Shown here: positions 61,701 to 64,000 of the stretch, in pieces
Layout of the letters: each line of letters begins with the position of its first letter
Numbering within the stretch: position 1 is the first letter of the stretch
Origin: Euglena gracilis
Taxonomy: Eukaryota
Assembly (NCBI GenBank): GCA_039621445.1
Contig: CP154954.1
Span: 44,805,847-44,869,846, forward strand
Direction of reading: 5' to 3'
Length of the DNA stretch: 64,000 nt
The notes under the pieces: generated by a model
Databases searched by the model: none
Told to the model about the DNA's origin: nothing
What the model saw: only the letters and a program-made list of their open reading frames with translations
Translations under genes and position numbers: made by a program

Positions 61701-62378
61701 AAAATGACACATGAGCCAATATGACCCCAACACGGCACCTTCCTTGAAATTGGAGGGGGGGGGTTGAGTGGGAGGTGGCAGGGGCACACGCCGCAACCCC
61801 CCCAGCCCCCCCCCCCCCCCGCACCCTCCCGGCCTTCGGCAGGCGCGCCGCGGGCGGAGGCCGGGGCCGTCCTGCCCGTGCAGCATCCAGTCCGCGCACT
61901 CCAGCGCCGCGCAGCACGCCCGGAACTCATGGTCCGCCGTGGGCAGGCTCCGGCTTAAGGACCACGGGGGGGACGCTGGCTGGCCATTTTGCTGGACGCT
62001 GGGGAGAACAGGAGGTCTTGCCACCAGCAACACCTCCCAGGGGTCCCTGACGGAAAAAACGTTTTTTTTTTCCTCTGGCTGTGCGCCGAGGTTGAATGAG
62101 GATTTTAATATGTTTTTGGCCCGAAAAATTCCCCAAAACAGACATTTTTGGCATAATTTGGTGGTTAAAAATCCTTGTGCCAGTGACTGGGAAAAACTCT
62201 GCCAGCCCTGCTAGCAGGCCCGGAGGGTCCACCAGTATTTCCACAAATTTGGCCAAATTTGGACTACCTGCGGTCCATCCCCTTCCCGGGGGGGGGGGGG
62301 GGAGGTACTGCGAACCCTTAAGCAGAAGCCTGGCCACGGGGGACGGCGTGTTCCAGAATGCCATGACACAGTCCCCGG
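55733..62378 (-). CDS. Class III adenylyl/guanylyl cyclase catalytic domain, 3' exons (~62378-62336, 61938-~61877, ~60984-60868, 60739-60617, 55889-55733); 5' part not found in window
   Basis: Spliced translation [28 protein letters not shown]...[40 protein letters not shown]...RILIG...VSLKGKAVEMVVFELL. Catalytic Asn/Arg (NVASR) intact, with Thr at the substrate-specifying position as in class IIIb-type adenylyl cyclases. Confidence 0.9.
55935..56387. mobile_element. hAT-like MITE nested in the cyclase intron
   Basis: Perfect 17-bp TIR caggcttttgcttaagg / ccttaagcaaaagcctg; perfect 8-bp TSD ggcacgaa (55927-55934, 56388-56395). Confidence 0.92.
57132..57253 (+). CDS. Isolated plus-strand coding-like exon, possibly a Merlin/IS1595-like transposase N-terminus
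   Basis: ATG...HLTLIELNQILQDPDQTEAALRRHALLR|GT with strong GC3 codon bias. The family assignment is resemblance only. Confidence 0.35.
57368..57811. repeat. Array of about 9 copies of a 30-bp palindrome (ggttgggccgcggcatgccgcggcccaacc and variants) with A/T spacers
   Basis: Read directly; the consensus unit equals its own reverse complement. Confidence 0.9.
57808..57951. repeat. Interstitial telomeric repeat (CCCTAA)n with CCCCAA variants
   Basis: About 24 hexamers read directly. Confidence 0.9.
58575..58710. repeat. Foldback hairpin element
   Basis: cccaaagagccgcccaactagggttaa...catggggga / tcccccatg...ttaaccctagttgggcggctctttggg. Confidence 0.8.
58951..59197. repeat. Second array (about 5 copies) of the same palindrome
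   Basis: Read directly. Confidence 0.85.
59640..60391 (+). mobile_element. Internally deleted Tc1/IS630-mariner transposon with a transposase remnant
   Basis: 49-bp imperfect TIRs (cactacgtctcaaggttattcacgtgg... / ...ccacatgaataatcttgagacgtagcg) flanked by TA on both sides. Confidence 0.9.
59828..60227 (+). pseudogene. Tc1-like DDE transposase C-terminal fragment (frameshift near 60140)
   Basis: VFMQDGASPH...WPPQSPDLNPVEYCW...WSQ, then LIPNLYGSMVRRLTAVQVAKGLHTRY* in a shifted frame; 35 residues between the second D and the E. Confidence 0.9.
60740..60867 (-). other. Nonconventional intron (128 nt)
   Basis: Minus strand ggcCAG...CTGcggcc|A with no GT-AG. Removal restores the conserved [12 protein letters not shown]. 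Confidence 0.85.
61939..62335 (-). mobile_element. Nonconventional intron consisting of one hAT-like MITE (element 61944-62332)
   Basis: TIRs caggctccggcttaagg / ccttaagcagaagcctg; flanks gccgtggg / gccacggg (6/8); homologous to the free copy at 55935-56387. Removal restores [11 protein letters not shown]. Confidence 0.85.
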
Positions 62379-62590
62379 CAGGGAGGCGGGTTTTGCCCAG
62401 GAAAGGAGCGACCCTCGGAGTGCAAGGCCACGACTTAAAGTATTGGATGCAACCGGGGGGGGGTTTCACAAAAAAAAAACAACCCCCCCAAAAAACGCAA
62501 GGAGAGGACGGCCGGGGGGCGGTGGTAGCTGCGTTGCTGGGCGGGGTCCAGGCAGTGGGCAAGCACCTATAGTCAAGCCCAAAAATTTCC

Positions 62591-62671
62591 CCATTTTAGG
62601 CCATTTTAGGCCATTTTAGGCCATTTTAGGCCATTTTAGGCCATTTAAGGCCATTTTAGGCCATTTTAAGG
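62591..62671. repeat. 10-bp minisatellite (ccattttagg)x8
   Basis: Read directly. Confidence 0.95.
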
Positions 62672-63029
62672 TATAGGTGGGGGTTCTGAAAATCATAATT
62701 TTGCGTCATTTTTGTCCCGAAAAAAGTATCATAACGTGTGCAAACCTTCTCTTGTTCAGTAATAACAAATGTACATCCAAAAAAGCATGCAAAATTCAAA
62801 ACAATGGGAAGCTCAGCAAGTCTATATTCATATTCATAGAGGAATTCTGAACAATAAGAATTTACGGTAGATAAAATTTTCAGAGAAAAAAAAAACGTTG
62901 GACAAAAAATAAGTTTTTTTTAATTTGTGCTACCAAAAAGGCTCCCGTTTTTTTTTGTGAATTCTACACCATTTTGCGGAATTTCGCAATAAGAAGTCAT
63001 TTTTTCTGAAAGATAATGCTGCTGCCTAA

Positions 63030-63269
63030 TGAAATTCAATTTGATTTTGGCATTGTTTCAGTCATGTATATCATTCATTTTATTATTATGATAAATATTA
63101 AAGAATAATTATTAAGATCCATAATACAAACAAAAAATTATTTCCAAAAAAATACAATGAATTTTTATTTGTATTACAGATCTTAATAATTATTCTTTAA
63201 ATACTTATCATAATAATAAAATGAATGATATACATGCCTAAAACAATGCCAAAGTCAAATTGAATTTCA
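63030..63269. repeat. AT-rich long inverted repeat (arms about 110 bp)
   Basis: tgaaattcaatttgattttggcattgttt...aagaataattattaagatc / gatcttaataattattctt...aaacaatgccaaagtcaaattgaatttca. Confidence 0.9.
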
Positions 63270-64000
63270 CCAGGCAAAAAGTGAAATATATAAACCTAAT
63301 CCTGTACCTATTGACGGATAACATATATCATATGCTATCATATTATATATCCCAATATTATTCCAATTTTATTGATAATATGATTGCAGTAATAATTATT
63401 GTACAATTACACATTATATCAATAAAACTTATTTTTACTTAGTACATATATTTATTAATTTCAACTTATTTCTCTTTTATTACTAAAATTGTATTGTATG
63501 AAAACATGTGTTATTTGTATTACTAAAACTGCATTAAATATAATGTTAATGTTATATTTTTAATTCTACAATTAAAAATTGATGACTATAAAATCTTTAT
63601 AAATATGGAAAATATATCAACAAAATTAATAATAATAAAATACCCACACGAAATATCCACATAAAATACATAGAATATCCATAATAATTTTATGTCTATT
63701 CATAAAAATTGAAACATTAAATTTACTTACAAAAGTTATATTTATATGATGCTAGAATTTTATATTTCAATTGAGATTTTTCCAACATCTTTCATCTTTG
63801 TTTTGACTTTTTCCCCATGCTTCCGTTTCATTATTTGCGAAACAAACATCGGTGCAAACCAACAAGATAGGAGTAAGAAAAAATAATATGTCCAAACCTT
63901 CAAAATTCAGCCACCAAAAAAAGGTTGGGGCTGTGAATTTGGGGACTGATACGAGTGTTATTAGGATAAAACCATGGGCCTTGTGGGGCTGTGCTCCTCC

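Noticed and set aside
55733-62378. Photoactivated adenylyl cyclase (PAC)
   Set aside because: No BLUF domain is visible; only a generic class III catalytic domain is supported.

Overview
Eukaryotic, intron-rich and repeat-rich nuclear DNA, most likely a euglenid (Euglena-like). Short GC-rich exons are separated by a mixture of GT-AG introns and non-GT-AG 'nonconventional' introns (5'-N3CAG...CTG-N5-3', with base-paired ends), and TTAGGG repeats are present. All recognisable host genes are on the minus strand: C-terminal exons of coatomer beta (COPB), an unknown multi-exon gene, a complete EMC10, an ankyrin + degenerate ART-like + TPR protein ending in a CaaX-like motif, and the 3' part of a class III adenylyl cyclase. 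The main finding is that several MITE families with CAGG...CCTG inverted ends and 8-bp target-site duplications (hAT-like) occur both as free insertions and as entire nonconventional introns. The intron borders (3 nt before CAG, 5 nt after CTG) remove the element plus exactly one 8-bp TSD, pointing to an introner-like origin of nonconventional introns. Also present are an internally deleted Tc1/IS630 element, arrays of a 30-bp palindrome beside interstitial telomere repeats, and many microsatellites. Exon structures were reconstructed by eye; coordinates marked ~ are approximate.
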